In this document: one piece after another, positions 7,683-16,301 of the stretch
Layout of the letters: each line of letters opens with the position of its first letter
How positions within the stretch are numbered: position 1 is the stretch's first letter
The notes under the pieces: model-generated
Told to the model about the DNA's origin: nothing
Database searches by the model: none
Seen by the model: only the letters and a program-made list of their open reading frames with translations
DNA from: Crocosphaera subtropica ATCC 51142
GTDB taxonomy: Bacteria > Cyanobacteriota > Cyanobacteriia > Cyanobacteriales > Microcystaceae
Assembly: GCF_000017845.1 (NCBI RefSeq)
Contig: NC_010546.1
Location: 3,870,001-3,902,000 of the forward strand
Direction: 5' to 3'
DNA length: 32,000 bases
Program-made: the position numbers and the translations under genes

Positions 7683-9239
7683 TTAACTGAGGTTTAATTT
7701 GTCCACGATGCCACTGAAATCGATATTTTTGAAGAAATTAACTAATTTTTCCAGCCATTGAACCTTATTGGCTTGAGGAAGTTGTTGAGACGAGGGGGTT
7801 ACTGTCTCAGGTTGAATCGTTTCGGATAAGGGAGTTGAAGTTTCTTCTACCCCTGTCTCTGATGAGTCTTCAGTCAAAATTTCCTCAGTCATTACTTCTT
7901 GATCATTTTCTAGTTCTGTGGGTTCAATGATGGTTTTTGGTTCTTCTACCACTGTTTGAGTCTTAGAGGGGGTTACAGTTTCCGAGGAAACGGGTAATGG
8001 TTCTGGGTTTTCAGTTTCTTGAGTAATGGTTTCATCAGAAGCAGGTAATGGTTCTATCGTTTCGGTTTGTTGGATAATTGTTTCTGGAGAAGGAGATCCA
8101 GATTCTATCATTTCAGTTTCTCGGGTAATGGTATCATCAGAAATCGGTAATGGTTCGGTATCTTCTTCAGTGGTGTTTTCAGAAGTAGGACTGATGATGG
8201 GTTCAGAAGCAGACTCTTCAACTGGTTCTTGAGGTTCTCTGGTTTCTTCTACTGTGGGGGGAGGTGTTTCTTCTTCAATGGGTTCGGGTTCTAACGTATA
8301 AATATAATTAGGATCAACAACAGAACGGGCAACCTCAACAGACAGTTCTCCCCGTATCAGTTTAGAGAGGGTATCTTCTCCATTGGGTTCATAGGTAATG
8401 ACTCGAACAGTATCATTAAAAGCGTTATTAACTTCCTTGCCTTGTTCGTCAATAAATTCTAACTGTACCCAGTTTTTCCCAGGTTCAAACCCTTTTAAAT
8501 AAATCGGTTGCCACGTATCGATTAAAAAACTTTCCCCGTTGATGGTGGCTTTAATGCGCCAGTCTATAATCTCATCATTAGGATCACTTTGAGCAATAAA
8601 ATGTAAGGGTGCATTGGTTAGATAAAAATCTAACATAATCGGTTCAGCCCCGTAACTTCCCTGGGGGCGACTGTAAGTAAGGAGAGGAAGGGAAGAAGAG
8701 GGGGAGTTATCTTCGGTTTCTGTAAACACACTAAAAGTAGTTTGTGCATAGGCCCCTTCATTTTTAAAACTTTCGTGCCAAGGACGAGAGGCAAACACGC
8801 GAATGGTATGGGTTCCTGGGGTTAAATCTTCTAAAATAATCGGTTCATCAAGATTATAAACCGCCCGATAGGGTTGATTATCCACAAAAAGGTGTAAATG
8901 GGGTCCGAGTCCTAGGGTTTCGTCTTTAAAGAGGGGATAGTCTTTGACCTCTAATTGCACCGGTACGGTGGTTTCTGAGAACATTTGCCGAGGTTTGGGA
9001 CTAATAATGCTCACTTGAGGATGATATTGGGCTAAAATCTCTTTCAGTTCTTGGATAACCGTTGGAGGGGCTACTTCTGTTAATTTTGTAGTGGTGACGG
9101 GAACAGGAGAGGGTTCTATCACTGGGGAAGACGCTACAACGCGATCGCTACACCCTAGTAACCCCCAACTCAGAAGACCAACGAGAATAGAACTGGACAG
9201 AACTTTAATCAATGGCGATCGCTGATTCAACCCAAACAC
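7683..9239 (-). CDS. Probable lipoprotein with a globular N-terminal half and an acidic T/E/P-rich repetitive C-terminal half
   Basis: 518-aa ORF with a signal peptide and LLGC|SD lipobox. Residues from about 318 onward are low-complexity with repeated EPLP(I/A/V)S(D/S)(D/E)T(I/V)T units. Confidence 0.75.
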   Translation of the reverse strand: MFGLNQRSPLIKVLSSSILVGLLSWGLLGCSDRVVASSPVIEPSPVPVTTTKLTEVAPPTVIQELKEILAQYHPQVSIISPKPRQMFSETTVPVQLEVKDYPLFKDETLGLGPHLHLFVDNQPYRAVYNLDEPIILEDLTPGTHTIRVFASRPWHESFKNEGAYAQTTFSVFTETEDNSPSSSLPLLTYSRPQGSYGAEPIMLDFYLTNAPLHFIAQSDPNDEIIDWRIKATINGESFLIDTWQPIYLKGFEPGKNWVQLEFIDEQGKEVNNAFNDTVRVITYEPNGEDTLSKLIRGELSVEVARSVVDPNYIYTLEPEPIEEETPPPTVEETREPQEPVEESASEPIISPTSENTTEEDTEPLPISDDTITRETEMIESGSPSPETIIQQTETIEPLPASDETITQETENPEPLPVSSETVTPSKTQTVVEEPKTIIEPTELENDQEVMTEEILTEDSSETGVEETSTPLSETIQPETVTPSSQQLPQANKVQWLEKLVNFFKNIDFSGIVDKLNLS

Positions 9240-9315
9240 TGTTTACTCTCCTTATGGTGGCAAGATTCGGTCTATCTTTGACTATATCAGTTGCGTTGCA
9301 AAAACTCTAACCTTT

Positions 9316-9336
9316 AACCTGAGTTCGGAGTTCGAG
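9316..9336 (-). mobile_element. Solo or partial end of the MITE-like repeat family (inverted relative to the other two copies)
   Basis: AACCTGAGTTCGGAGTTCGAG is the reverse complement of CTCGAACTCCGAACTCAGGTT. That matches the CCGAACTCCGAACTC...AGGTT ends at 12607..12628 and 20014..20042. Confidence 0.4.
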
Positions 9337-9380
9337 CATTATTACAAAGATAATAGATGTTTCAGACAACGGTAAAATTG

Positions 9381-9426
9381 ACCAAGGAAGTGCGCCGAGG
9401 TGTCCTCGGCAAGCACAAGTCTTGGT
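9381..9426. other. Extended imperfect stem-loop in the divergent intergenic region
   Basis: Three paired segments: ACCAAG/CTTGGT (9381..9386 / 9421..9426), GTGC/GCAC (9390..9393 / 9413..9416) and GCCGAGG/CCTCGGC (9394..9400 / 9404..9410). The loop is TGT and 17 bp are paired in total. Confidence 0.45.
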
Positions 9427-9480
9427 TAGGCTTTCAGTTTGATAAAATGTAGCTTATCTTTTTTCTAATATTTTTATCCT

Positions 9481-10659
9481 ATGAAATATTATTTGGTTTA
9501 TAGTGAACTTTCACAACAGCCTGATTCTGCCCATGAAATTCATGATGTCATGTGTGCTAATGCGATGGCTAATCTGGGTTATGAAACGATTTTGACTTAT
9601 CCTGATAACCCTCAATCTAACTTAAACTTAGGGTCATTATTGTTTCCTTTTCATCTGCAAAAACCGACCAATAATTTTATCGAGTTTTATGATATCCAAG
9701 ATCGCTTAAATATTTTGCCTTTGTTGATTCCTAATGTTATTCGCAAAGGAATTAATCGCTTTAATCTGAGTAGTTTGGTGTGTAAATATTATTTACCGCT
9801 TCATCTCAAAAATAAACTTAAAGCAGTTCATACGAGAAATTGGAATTTTGCCAAAGCTGCAGTAAAAAATAACATTCCTACTATTTTTGAACGTCATTAT
9901 TTTGCTGAAAATAAGTTTGACCAAGAAATCGTTAATCATCCTTATTTCAGAGTTTGTATTAGTCAATCTGAAGTCACCCGACAGAGTATCATTGAAGCTG
10001 GAATGCCACCAGAAAAAGCAATTTGGTTGCATAATGGGTTTAACCAAACTTTCTTAGAAAGACATCTAGAGGATGCTGAAACTTGGCGTAAACAATTACT
10101 AAAAAATAACCGTGAAAAGTTGATTGTTTATTCCGGCGCACTCTATCCCTTCAAGGGAATTGATTTATTAATTGATGTGGCTAAACTGTTACCGAATATT
10201 CAATTTGCTATCACAGGAGGAACGGAAGAACAGGTGCAACAGTATCAAGCATTAGCTAATAATAAACAAGTAGATAATATTACTTTTTTAGGTTGGATTA
10301 TCCCACGATCGCGTCTTATTAGTCTGTTTCAAGCTGCGGATATTTTAGCCCATCCCCATCTATCAGGTAAGTCAGCAAATTTCACCAACCCTGTTAAATT
10401 TTTCCAGTATTTAGCATCAGGAACTCCTATTGTTGCTACAGAGATTCCTCCCTTAATGTCTTTTAAACAGACAGTTCCTATCGCTGTTTGGTGTCCCCCT
10501 GATGATCCCTCTATTTTTGCTCAATCTATTGAAAAAGCATTAGAAATTTATCCCAGAAAATCAATAGGATATCAAGAAAATATTAAATATTCTCAAGAAT
10601 ATTCTTGGGAAAAAAGAGCCGAAAAAATCATCAAATATCTTCCTGAACTGATGGTTTAA
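9481..10659 (+). CDS. Glycosyltransferase family 1 (GT-B, GT4-like)
   Basis: 392 aa. The C-terminal Rossmann half has a typical layout (LIVYSGALYPFKGIDLLI..., FLGW...ADILAHP, KFFQYLASGTPIVAT). Confidence 0.85.
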   Translation: MKYYLVYSELSQQPDSAHEIHDVMCANAMANLGYETILTYPDNPQSNLNLGSLLFPFHLQKPTNNFIEFYDIQDRLNILPLLIPNVIRKGINRFNLSSLVCKYYLPLHLKNKLKAVHTRNWNFAKAAVKNNIPTIFERHYFAENKFDQEIVNHPYFRVCISQSEVTRQSIIEAGMPPEKAIWLHNGFNQTFLERHLEDAETWRKQLLKNNREKLIVYSGALYPFKGIDLLIDVAKLLPNIQFAITGGTEEQVQQYQALANNKQVDNITFLGWIIPRSRLISLFQAADILAHPHLSGKSANFTNPVKFFQYLASGTPIVATEIPPLMSFKQTVPIAVWCPPDDPSIFAQSIEKALEIYPRKSIGYQENIKYSQEYSWEKRAEKIIKYLPELMV

Positions 10660-12434
10660 TGTTCATCAGTAACTAGAGAAGATCCATACACAATAACTCG
10701 ATTTCTTCCTTCTTGTTTCGCTTGATAAAGAGCTTTGTCTGCTTGGTTAATCAATCTTTTAGTTGATAATTGATCCTGGAGAAATAAACTAGAAATACCA
10801 CAGCTAATGGTAACATAATCGCTAGTTAAAGAAGTGTTGTGAGAGATATTCAAAGATATTACTTTTTCTAAGATTCTTTGAGCAATTTTTTTAGCTTCTT
10901 GTCTATCAGTTCTCGGTAAGATAATGGCGAATTCCTCTCCACCGTAACGGGCAACAAAATCAGTGCGACGGATGGCTGTTCGTATTTCTTTTGCTACCTT
11001 TTGTAAACAGCGATCGCCAGCAGGATGGCCATAGGTATCATTGTATTGTTTAAAATGATCCACATCACATAAAATTAATGAGGTTTGTTTACGAGATAAA
11101 TGATGTAATAATCGTGTTTGCTCTAAAATTTTATCAAAATAAAGACGATTAGGAACTTTTGTTAAAGTATCAAAGGTGGCTAAATATTTCCACTTATCAA
11201 CCATGATAATTACTGATGCTCCTAAAACAACCATGAAAGGGGTAATAGTTGGAACCCACCAACCCTGTAAAAATAGAACATAACTACAACTAAATAACAA
11301 TAATCCTAACCAACAATCATTAAGAATAAATAAGATCCATTTAATGACACTATTATATTGAAAGCTGTGTTTATTTAAGACAACATAAGTAACCAGCATT
11401 CCTATTGTTGTCCAGGCGAAAATCCATAGCCATTCTAAGGGATTTGACCAAACTTTGAGCAAAGGGCGATCGTCTAAAGCTGCACTCAAAATTTGACTAA
11501 TGGCGTTGGCTTGAATAAAGGTGCCGGAAGTAGGATAAGAAGGATGGTAAGGAGTTAAGAAAGACGTATTAATACTGTCGGCCGTAACTCCTATTAAAAC
11601 TAGGCGATCATTGAATAAATTTTGTGGATATTGTTGATTGAAAACATCTATAATAGAAATGGTTTGAAACTTTTCTTCACCCCCACGATAATTGAGTAAA
11701 ATTTGATAACCTCCATTGTCAATATTGATATAATTACCAGCATTTTTATCAAGGGGAAATAAATGAGCTTTTCCAATGATTATTTCTTCTTGAGAAGAAT
11801 TACCTGACTGAGCAATAATATTTTCTTTTTGAAGATAACTTAAAGCTAAAGTGATACCAAAACTTAATTTTTGTCCAAACTCTTCAGAGGTAATCGTAAC
11901 TAAATCTCGTCGTACTTTTCCGTCTTTATCAAGCACTAAATCAACAAAGCCAACTTGCTTTGATTGAGATAAAATTGCAGGGGGTTGAATGCTATTCCCA
12001 ATCACTTTTTCAATACCAATTAAATTGGGAGTTGTTTTAAAGATTTGGTTTAAAGTATCTGATCCGGGTTCAATGGGAAAATCTCGAAAAATATTTAAGC
12101 CAATGACTCTAGGATTTTCTGTCTTAACAATGTTAATGAGTTGAGCAAGTTTAGCATCAGAAAGCGGCCATTGTTTTAGGGTACTAATATCTGCTTCATC
12201 AATGGTAATAATGACAATTCTGGGATCTTTTTTTTCTGATTCACTGGGAAAGTGCGATCGCCAACGAAAAAATTGATCAAAGGTCAATAATTCTAAAGGT
12301 TCTAATATCCCTGTCAAACTGATACCAATCACCAATCCTGTTACAGTTGGTGCAATGAGTAGCATTTTGCGCCATTGATAAACTTTTTCTCCTAATGCTT
12401 TCAACATTCTGAACATATTATGTCTTTGATACAA
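10656..12434 (-). CDS. CHASE2 sensor domain / transmembrane / GGDEF diguanylate cyclase
   Basis: 592 aa. An N-terminal TM helix and a periplasmic CHASE2-like domain are followed by three TM helices and a C-terminal GGDEF domain with active-site RYGGEEF (GGEEF encoded at 10929..10943). I see no EAL domain. Confidence 0.9.
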   Translation of the reverse strand: MYQRHNMFRMLKALGEKVYQWRKMLLIAPTVTGLVIGISLTGILEPLELLTFDQFFRWRSHFPSESEKKDPRIVIITIDEADISTLKQWPLSDAKLAQLINIVKTENPRVIGLNIFRDFPIEPGSDTLNQIFKTTPNLIGIEKVIGNSIQPPAILSQSKQVGFVDLVLDKDGKVRRDLVTITSEEFGQKLSFGITLALSYLQKENIIAQSGNSSQEEIIIGKAHLFPLDKNAGNYINIDNGGYQILLNYRGGEEKFQTISIIDVFNQQYPQNLFNDRLVLIGVTADSINTSFLTPYHPSYPTSGTFIQANAISQILSAALDDRPLLKVWSNPLEWLWIFAWTTIGMLVTYVVLNKHSFQYNSVIKWILFILNDCWLGLLLFSCSYVLFLQGWWVPTITPFMVVLGASVIIMVDKWKYLATFDTLTKVPNRLYFDKILEQTRLLHHLSRKQTSLILCDVDHFKQYNDTYGHPAGDRCLQKVAKEIRTAIRRTDFVARYGGEEFAIILPRTDRQEAKKIAQRILEKVISLNISHNTSLTSDYVTISCGISSLFLQDQLSTKRLINQADKALYQAKQEGRNRVIVYGSSLVTDEH

Positions 12435-12491
12435 ATCGGATCATTCAGTCTAAAATATCTATAAGGTATGAGGTTTCAAGAAATAGTGCAA

Positions 12492-12628
12492 AACCTGAGT
12501 TCGATATCAGGAAACTTATAGATAACCTGTCAAAATAAGGAGTCTCAACCCCTGATTCCCTCGTTAAAAAAATCGTAACTCCGTTGCGTAGCACGATGTA
12601 GTCGCACTCCGAACTCCGAACTCACGTT
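12492..12628 (+). mobile_element. MITE-like element, ~137-bp copy
   Basis: Starts AACCTGAGTTCG and ends CTCCGAACTCCGAACTCACGTT. It shares the termini, an internal A7 run, TGCGTAGC and CTCCGAACTCCGAACTC with the 19879..20043 copy. It is intergenic. Confidence 0.55.
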
Positions 12629-12709
12629 GCAAAGGTATTTTAACTCTTATATCTTGTCTTTATCATCTAATAGCAGTTTTCATTTGCATCGAATATAAAC
12701 TGTTGATAG

Positions 12710-12738
12710 AAAAAATCCCCAACTTGAAAAATTGGGGA
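12710..12738 (-). terminator. Rho-independent terminator of gnd
   Basis: On the minus strand the sequence reads TCCCCAA-TTTTTCAAG-TTGGGGA followed by TTTTTT. It lies about 80 nt downstream of the gnd stop. Confidence 0.65.
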
Positions 12739-12815
12739 AATGTAAGACGATAGATTATTGAGTTAATTGAGGACGATTCTTAACTAAAAAAAGTCAATAA
12801 CGCCTTTAGCATGGA

Positions 12816-14237
12816 CTAAGCAGCCCACTCAGTGTGGAAAGATTCACCTCTGGGCTTATCAACCCGTTCGTAGGTGTGCGCCCCAAAGTAGTCCCGTTGT
12901 GCTTGGGTTAAGTTTTGGGGTAAGTCAGCGCGACGATAGCTATCAAAGTAGTCTAAAGAAGAACTAAAAGCAGGAACAGCAATACCGACTTGATTAGCCA
13001 ATATAAGCACTTCACGCCATGCGTCTTGACGATCTAAGATAGTTTGCTTAAACTCAGGGGCTAACAGTAGGTTAGGTAAATTGGGATTATCCACAAAAGC
13101 CTTCTTAATCTTATCTAAGAAACCAGCCCGAATAATACAACCCCCTTTCCAAATACGGGCAGACTCAGGTAAGCTAACTTGATTGTTGTAATACTCAGCA
13201 GACGCTTTAGCAATTAAAGCCATCCCTTGAGCATAGGAACACATTTTAGAGCAGTAGAGAGCATCTCTTACCTTGTTGATAAAGGCTTTTTTGTCTCCAT
13301 CAAACTTAATTTCAGGCCCAGTTAACTGTTGAGAAGCGGCCTTTCTTTCTTCTTTGTAGGAAGACATTACCCGTGCATTCACTGCAGCGTACATGGTGGG
13401 AATGGGAACCCCTAATTCTAAGGAGCTTACCACAGTCCAGCGACCCGTACCTTTTTGACCAGCAGAGTCTAAAATAAGGTCAACCAGATGCTTGTTGCTA
13501 TCAGGATCGACATACTTGAAGATATCGGCGGTAATTTCAATTAAGAAAGAATTAAGTTCGTCGGTGGTATTCCACTCTTTGAACACTTCGTGTAATTCTT
13601 GGTTACTTAGGCCCATGGCATTTTTCATAATGTCGTAGGCTTCTGCAATTAACTGCATATCACCGTACTCAATGCCGTTGTGAACCATTTTGACATAGTG
13701 GCCAGCACCACCAGGTCCGACAAAAGTAACACAGGGACCATCATCTACCTGTGCAGCAATTTTGGTTAAAATGGGTTCTAATTCTTCGTAGGCTGCTTTG
13801 GTACCGCCAGGCATTAAGCTAGGACCATTTAAGGCCCCTTCTTCACCGCCACTGACACCCATGCCAACGAAACCTAAACCAGTTGATTCTAAGTCTTTAG
13901 TCCGTCTTTCGGTATCTTCGTAAAGGGAGTTACCGCCATCGATGATCATATCTCCTTCTTCTAGAAGAGGTTTTAAATCTTCGATAACATAATCAACAGG
14001 CGCACCTGCTTTGACCATTACTAAGATTTTACGGGGACGTTCTAAGATTTGTACAAATTCTTCTAATGAATAGGCCGCCTTGACATCTTTGCCTTGAGCC
14101 CGAGTTTTCATGAATTCTTCTGTTTTACTTGCTGTACGGTTATATACAGCAATAGGGAAACCGCGACTTTCGACATTGAGGGCGAGATTTTCTCCCATCA
14201 CCGCCAAGCCGATGACACCAAAGGTTCGCTTTGTCAT
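12816..14237 (-). CDS. gnd: 6-phosphogluconate dehydrogenase, decarboxylating
   Basis: Strong family pattern: GVIGLAVMGENLALN NADP-binding fold, GGNSLYEDT, GMGVSGGEEGA and IRAGFL. The track ORF runs to 14321, but the conserved protein starts at MTKRTFGVIGL, which puts the ATG at 14237. Confidence 0.95.
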   Translation of the reverse strand: MTKRTFGVIGLAVMGENLALNVESRGFPIAVYNRTASKTEEFMKTRAQGKDVKAAYSLEEFVQILERPRKILVMVKAGAPVDYVIEDLKPLLEEGDMIIDGGNSLYEDTERRTKDLESTGLGFVGMGVSGGEEGALNGPSLMPGGTKAAYEELEPILTKIAAQVDDGPCVTFVGPGGAGHYVKMVHNGIEYGDMQLIAEAYDIMKNAMGLSNQELHEVFKEWNTTDELNSFLIEITADIFKYVDPDSNKHLVDLILDSAGQKGTGRWTVVSSLELGVPIPTMYAAVNARVMSSYKEERKAASQQLTGPEIKFDGDKKAFINKVRDALYCSKMCSYAQGMALIAKASAEYYNNQVSLPESARIWKGGCIIRAGFLDKIKKAFVDNPNLPNLLLAPEFKQTILDRQDAWREVLILANQVGIAVPAFSSSLDYFDSYRRADLPQNLTQAQRDYFGAHTYERVDKPRGESFHTEWAA

Positions 14238-14696
14238 ATAATGATTCCTACCAACTCTACGGGTTGTCTGATCAAGAAAACTTTGATCTTGTTTGACTGT
14301 TGAAGTGTGTCTAGGGAACACGCTGATCAGTGTAACCTGTAATTCTATGTGACTTGGGTTCTCTAAATAGAATCTTAAGTAATCACCCAGAAAATACAGT
14401 CAATGATTGAAGGATTTTCATTACTGACATTAAGCTGCGTACAAAAGTTCTAACTTAGCAATGGCAACCCTCGCAGCTTTAATTTTATTCCACCCAATCC
14501 GTTTGACAAATATAGATTGGTAGAGTAGAGAGTGCTGAGACATTAAGATTTGTAAGGTTTAAGAAGATTTGTCAAAGAAGGCGATCGCAGCCTGATATAA
14601 ATAGAAACATGGGACAGTCTTGATTGCAGCTAGGACGCTACAAACGCTCGACACTGGAACTGGCTAGTTGCTGTTTGTTTAGTAGGAGACATATAT

Positions 14697-16301
14697 ATGA
14701 TCAACCCATTGATTTACGAAATTGGTACATTAATCCTTGTTTTAGGAGCTTCTGGTATCAACTATCGTCAGCTTCGTAACAGTCGTCTAAAACGAGAAGC
14801 AACCTTATTAAATCAACAAAAAGAGTTGACTCAAGAAAATGAGAATTTGAGCGAAAAATTACAGCAACTTGATAGTCTTAATGAAGAACTGAGACAAAAA
14901 AATAATAATTTACAACAAGATTATACTCATATTAAGCAACAAGTGACAGCTTTAGAGGAAAATGTTAGTCAATTGCACGACGAGAAAAACAATTTATCTA
15001 AGACGATTAAACAAGAACAAGATAAAGTTAATGTAGCTCAACAAACAAATCAATCGTTGCAGCAACAAAAAGAACAATTAGAAATAACTTATAAAAAAGA
15101 TTTATCTAACCTAGAACAAAAACTAGAAAGTCTTCAAAAAGATCAAGAGAAAACCAATACTCAATTACAAGAAACCAGTAAAAGCAATAATTCTTTGAAC
15201 CAAGAGTTAAAAACAATAATAGCTAAACGAGAAGAATTAGAAAATAGTTTAAACCGACAACAAGAAACTGTTGCTTCCTTAGAGAAACAACTAGAAACTG
15301 TATCTCAGGAGAAAAATAGTTTAGAGAAAGAACTACAACAGCGAATTAAAACGATTACCGAAGAAAAACAGTCTCTAGAAAATAGTTTAAATCAACAACA
15401 AAAAACTATTGCTTCCTTGGAGAAACAACTAGAAACTGTATCCCAGGAGAAAAATAGTTTAGAGAAAGAACTACAACAGCAAATTAAAACGATTACCGAA
15501 GAAAAACAATCTCTAGAAAATAGTTTAAATCAACAACAAGAAACTGTTACTTCCTTGGAGAAACAACTAGAAACTGTATCCCAGGAGAAAAACAGTTTAG
15601 AGAAAAAACTACAACAGCAAATTAAAACAATTACCGAAGAAAAACAATCTCTAGAAAATAGTTTAAATCAACAACAAGAAATCATCTCATCTCTAGAAAA
15701 AACACGGAAAACCTTAGAAAAAGAAAATAATAGCTTACAGCAAGAACAACAAGAAAGCCAAAAAGTTTATGATGAAAAAGATGAGCTTAAAAAACAACTC
15801 AAACAACAAGAAGAAATAGTTACAAAATTGCAAAATCAACTCAACACAATAGAACAAGAAAAAGAAACCGTCGAAACTCAGCTAAAACAAGAAATTGAGA
15901 AGATTGCTAAGGACAAAGAAAAGTCCAGTAAAGGTAAAATAGAAGAAACTGAAAATATTTCTGATGTAAATAAGAAAACTGAATCAGGAGAAAAAAAATC
16001 GAAAAAAAAAGCAGAAGAAAGCCAAGAAAAAATAAAAAATGAAATTATTTTAGAAGGAAAAAAACTGGTCGTAGTCGGTAGTCTTAATAGTATGAATAGA
16101 GAAATAGCCAAATCCTTAGTGCAACAAGCAGGAGGAACACTAACCAGTTCTCCAAGTTCTAGAACCCACTATGTTGTTGTTGGCAAAAACCCTGGAGACA
16201 AACTGAAAAAAGCACAAAAACTAGGAATTGCTCAACTGTCAGAAGACCAGTTTCTAGAAGCATTAGCAGCAACAGGAATAACAGAAATTAACCAGGAATA
16301 A
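14697..16301 (+). CDS. N-terminal TM anchor / ~400-aa coiled coil / lysine-rich linker / C-terminal BRCT-domain protein
   Basis: 534 aa. It has a hydrophobic N-terminus (IYEIGTLILVLGASGI), then Q/E/K/L heptad-rich sequence with tandem 46-aa repeats. The C-terminus GKKLVVVGSLNSMNREIAKSLVQQAGGTLTSSPSSRTHYVVVGKNPGDKLKKAQKLGIAQLSEDQFLEAL matches the LigA-type BRCT pattern. Confidence 0.8.
   Translation: MINPLIYEIGTLILVLGASGINYRQLRNSRLKREATLLNQQKELTQENENLSEKLQQLDSLNEELRQKNNNLQQDYTHIKQQVTALEENVSQLHDEKNNLSKTIKQEQDKVNVAQQTNQSLQQQKEQLEITYKKDLSNLEQKLESLQKDQEKTNTQLQETSKSNNSLNQELKTIIAKREELENSLNRQQETVASLEKQLETVSQEKNSLEKELQQRIKTITEEKQSLENSLNQQQKTIASLEKQLETVSQEKNSLEKELQQQIKTITEEKQSLENSLNQQQETVTSLEKQLETVSQEKNSLEKKLQQQIKTITEEKQSLENSLNQQQEIISSLEKTRKTLEKENNSLQQEQQESQKVYDEKDELKKQLKQQEEIVTKLQNQLNTIEQEKETVETQLKQEIEKIAKDKEKSSKGKIEETENISDVNKKTESGEKKSKKKAEESQEKIKNEIILEGKKLVVVGSLNSMNREIAKSLVQQAGGTLTSSPSSRTHYVVVGKNPGDKLKKAQKLGIAQLSEDQFLEALAATGITEINQE
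15231..15690 (+). repeat. In-frame 138-bp tandem repeat, ~3.3 copies, inside the coiled-coil CDS
   Basis: The marker GAAAATAGTTTAAA recurs at 15240, 15378, 15516 and 15654, an exact 138-nt (46-codon) period. The unit is LENSLNQQQETV(A/T)SLEKQLETVSQEKNSLEKELQQQIKTITEEKQS, with only a few substitutions between copies. Confidence 0.9.

Noticed and set aside
7502-7690. Track ORF encoding PPTPPTPPTPPFKRGAGGVGG
   Set aside because: It is the translation of the C-tract/G-tract hairpin repeat and has no coding-like composition outside the repeat.
8026-8232. Track ORF antisense to the lipoprotein tail
   Set aside because: It is an antisense shadow of the repetitive acidic tail of 7683..9239. The same applies to the antisense or overlapping track ORFs at 9793..10047, 14094..14303, 15878..16111, 17848..18114, 21491..21679, 21953..22150, 22178..22456, 23776..23964, 24259..24450, 24284..24466, 26302..26484, 27478..27660, 29658..29873 and 31197..31421. 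Each lies inside or overlaps a well-supported gene on the other strand or in another frame.
12435-12815. tRNA, sRNA or riboswitch in the larger intergenic gaps (also 14238..14696 and 25814..26261)
   Set aside because: I saw no tRNA-like T-arm (GGTTCGAATCC-type) or cloverleaf and no recognisable riboswitch core. The structures present are explained by the MITE copy and the gnd terminator. A covariance-model scan would be needed to exclude sRNAs.
14238-14321. 28-codon N-terminal extension of the gnd ORF
   Set aside because: The conserved Gnd N-terminus (MTKRTFGVIGLAVMG) begins at ATG 14237. The upstream residues have no counterpart in the family as I know it.
14503-14572. TTGACA box and AAGATTTGT x2 direct repeat in the gnd / BRCT-gene divergent spacer, as a promoter or operator
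   Set aside because: No properly spaced -10 hexamer accompanies the TTGACA, and the 9-mer repeat is short for AT-rich DNA. That is too weak to call.
15231-15690. Possible CRISPR-like or satellite array
   Set aside because: The repeats are contiguous (no spacers), 138 bp long, in frame and translated as coiled coil, so they are coding tandem repeats.
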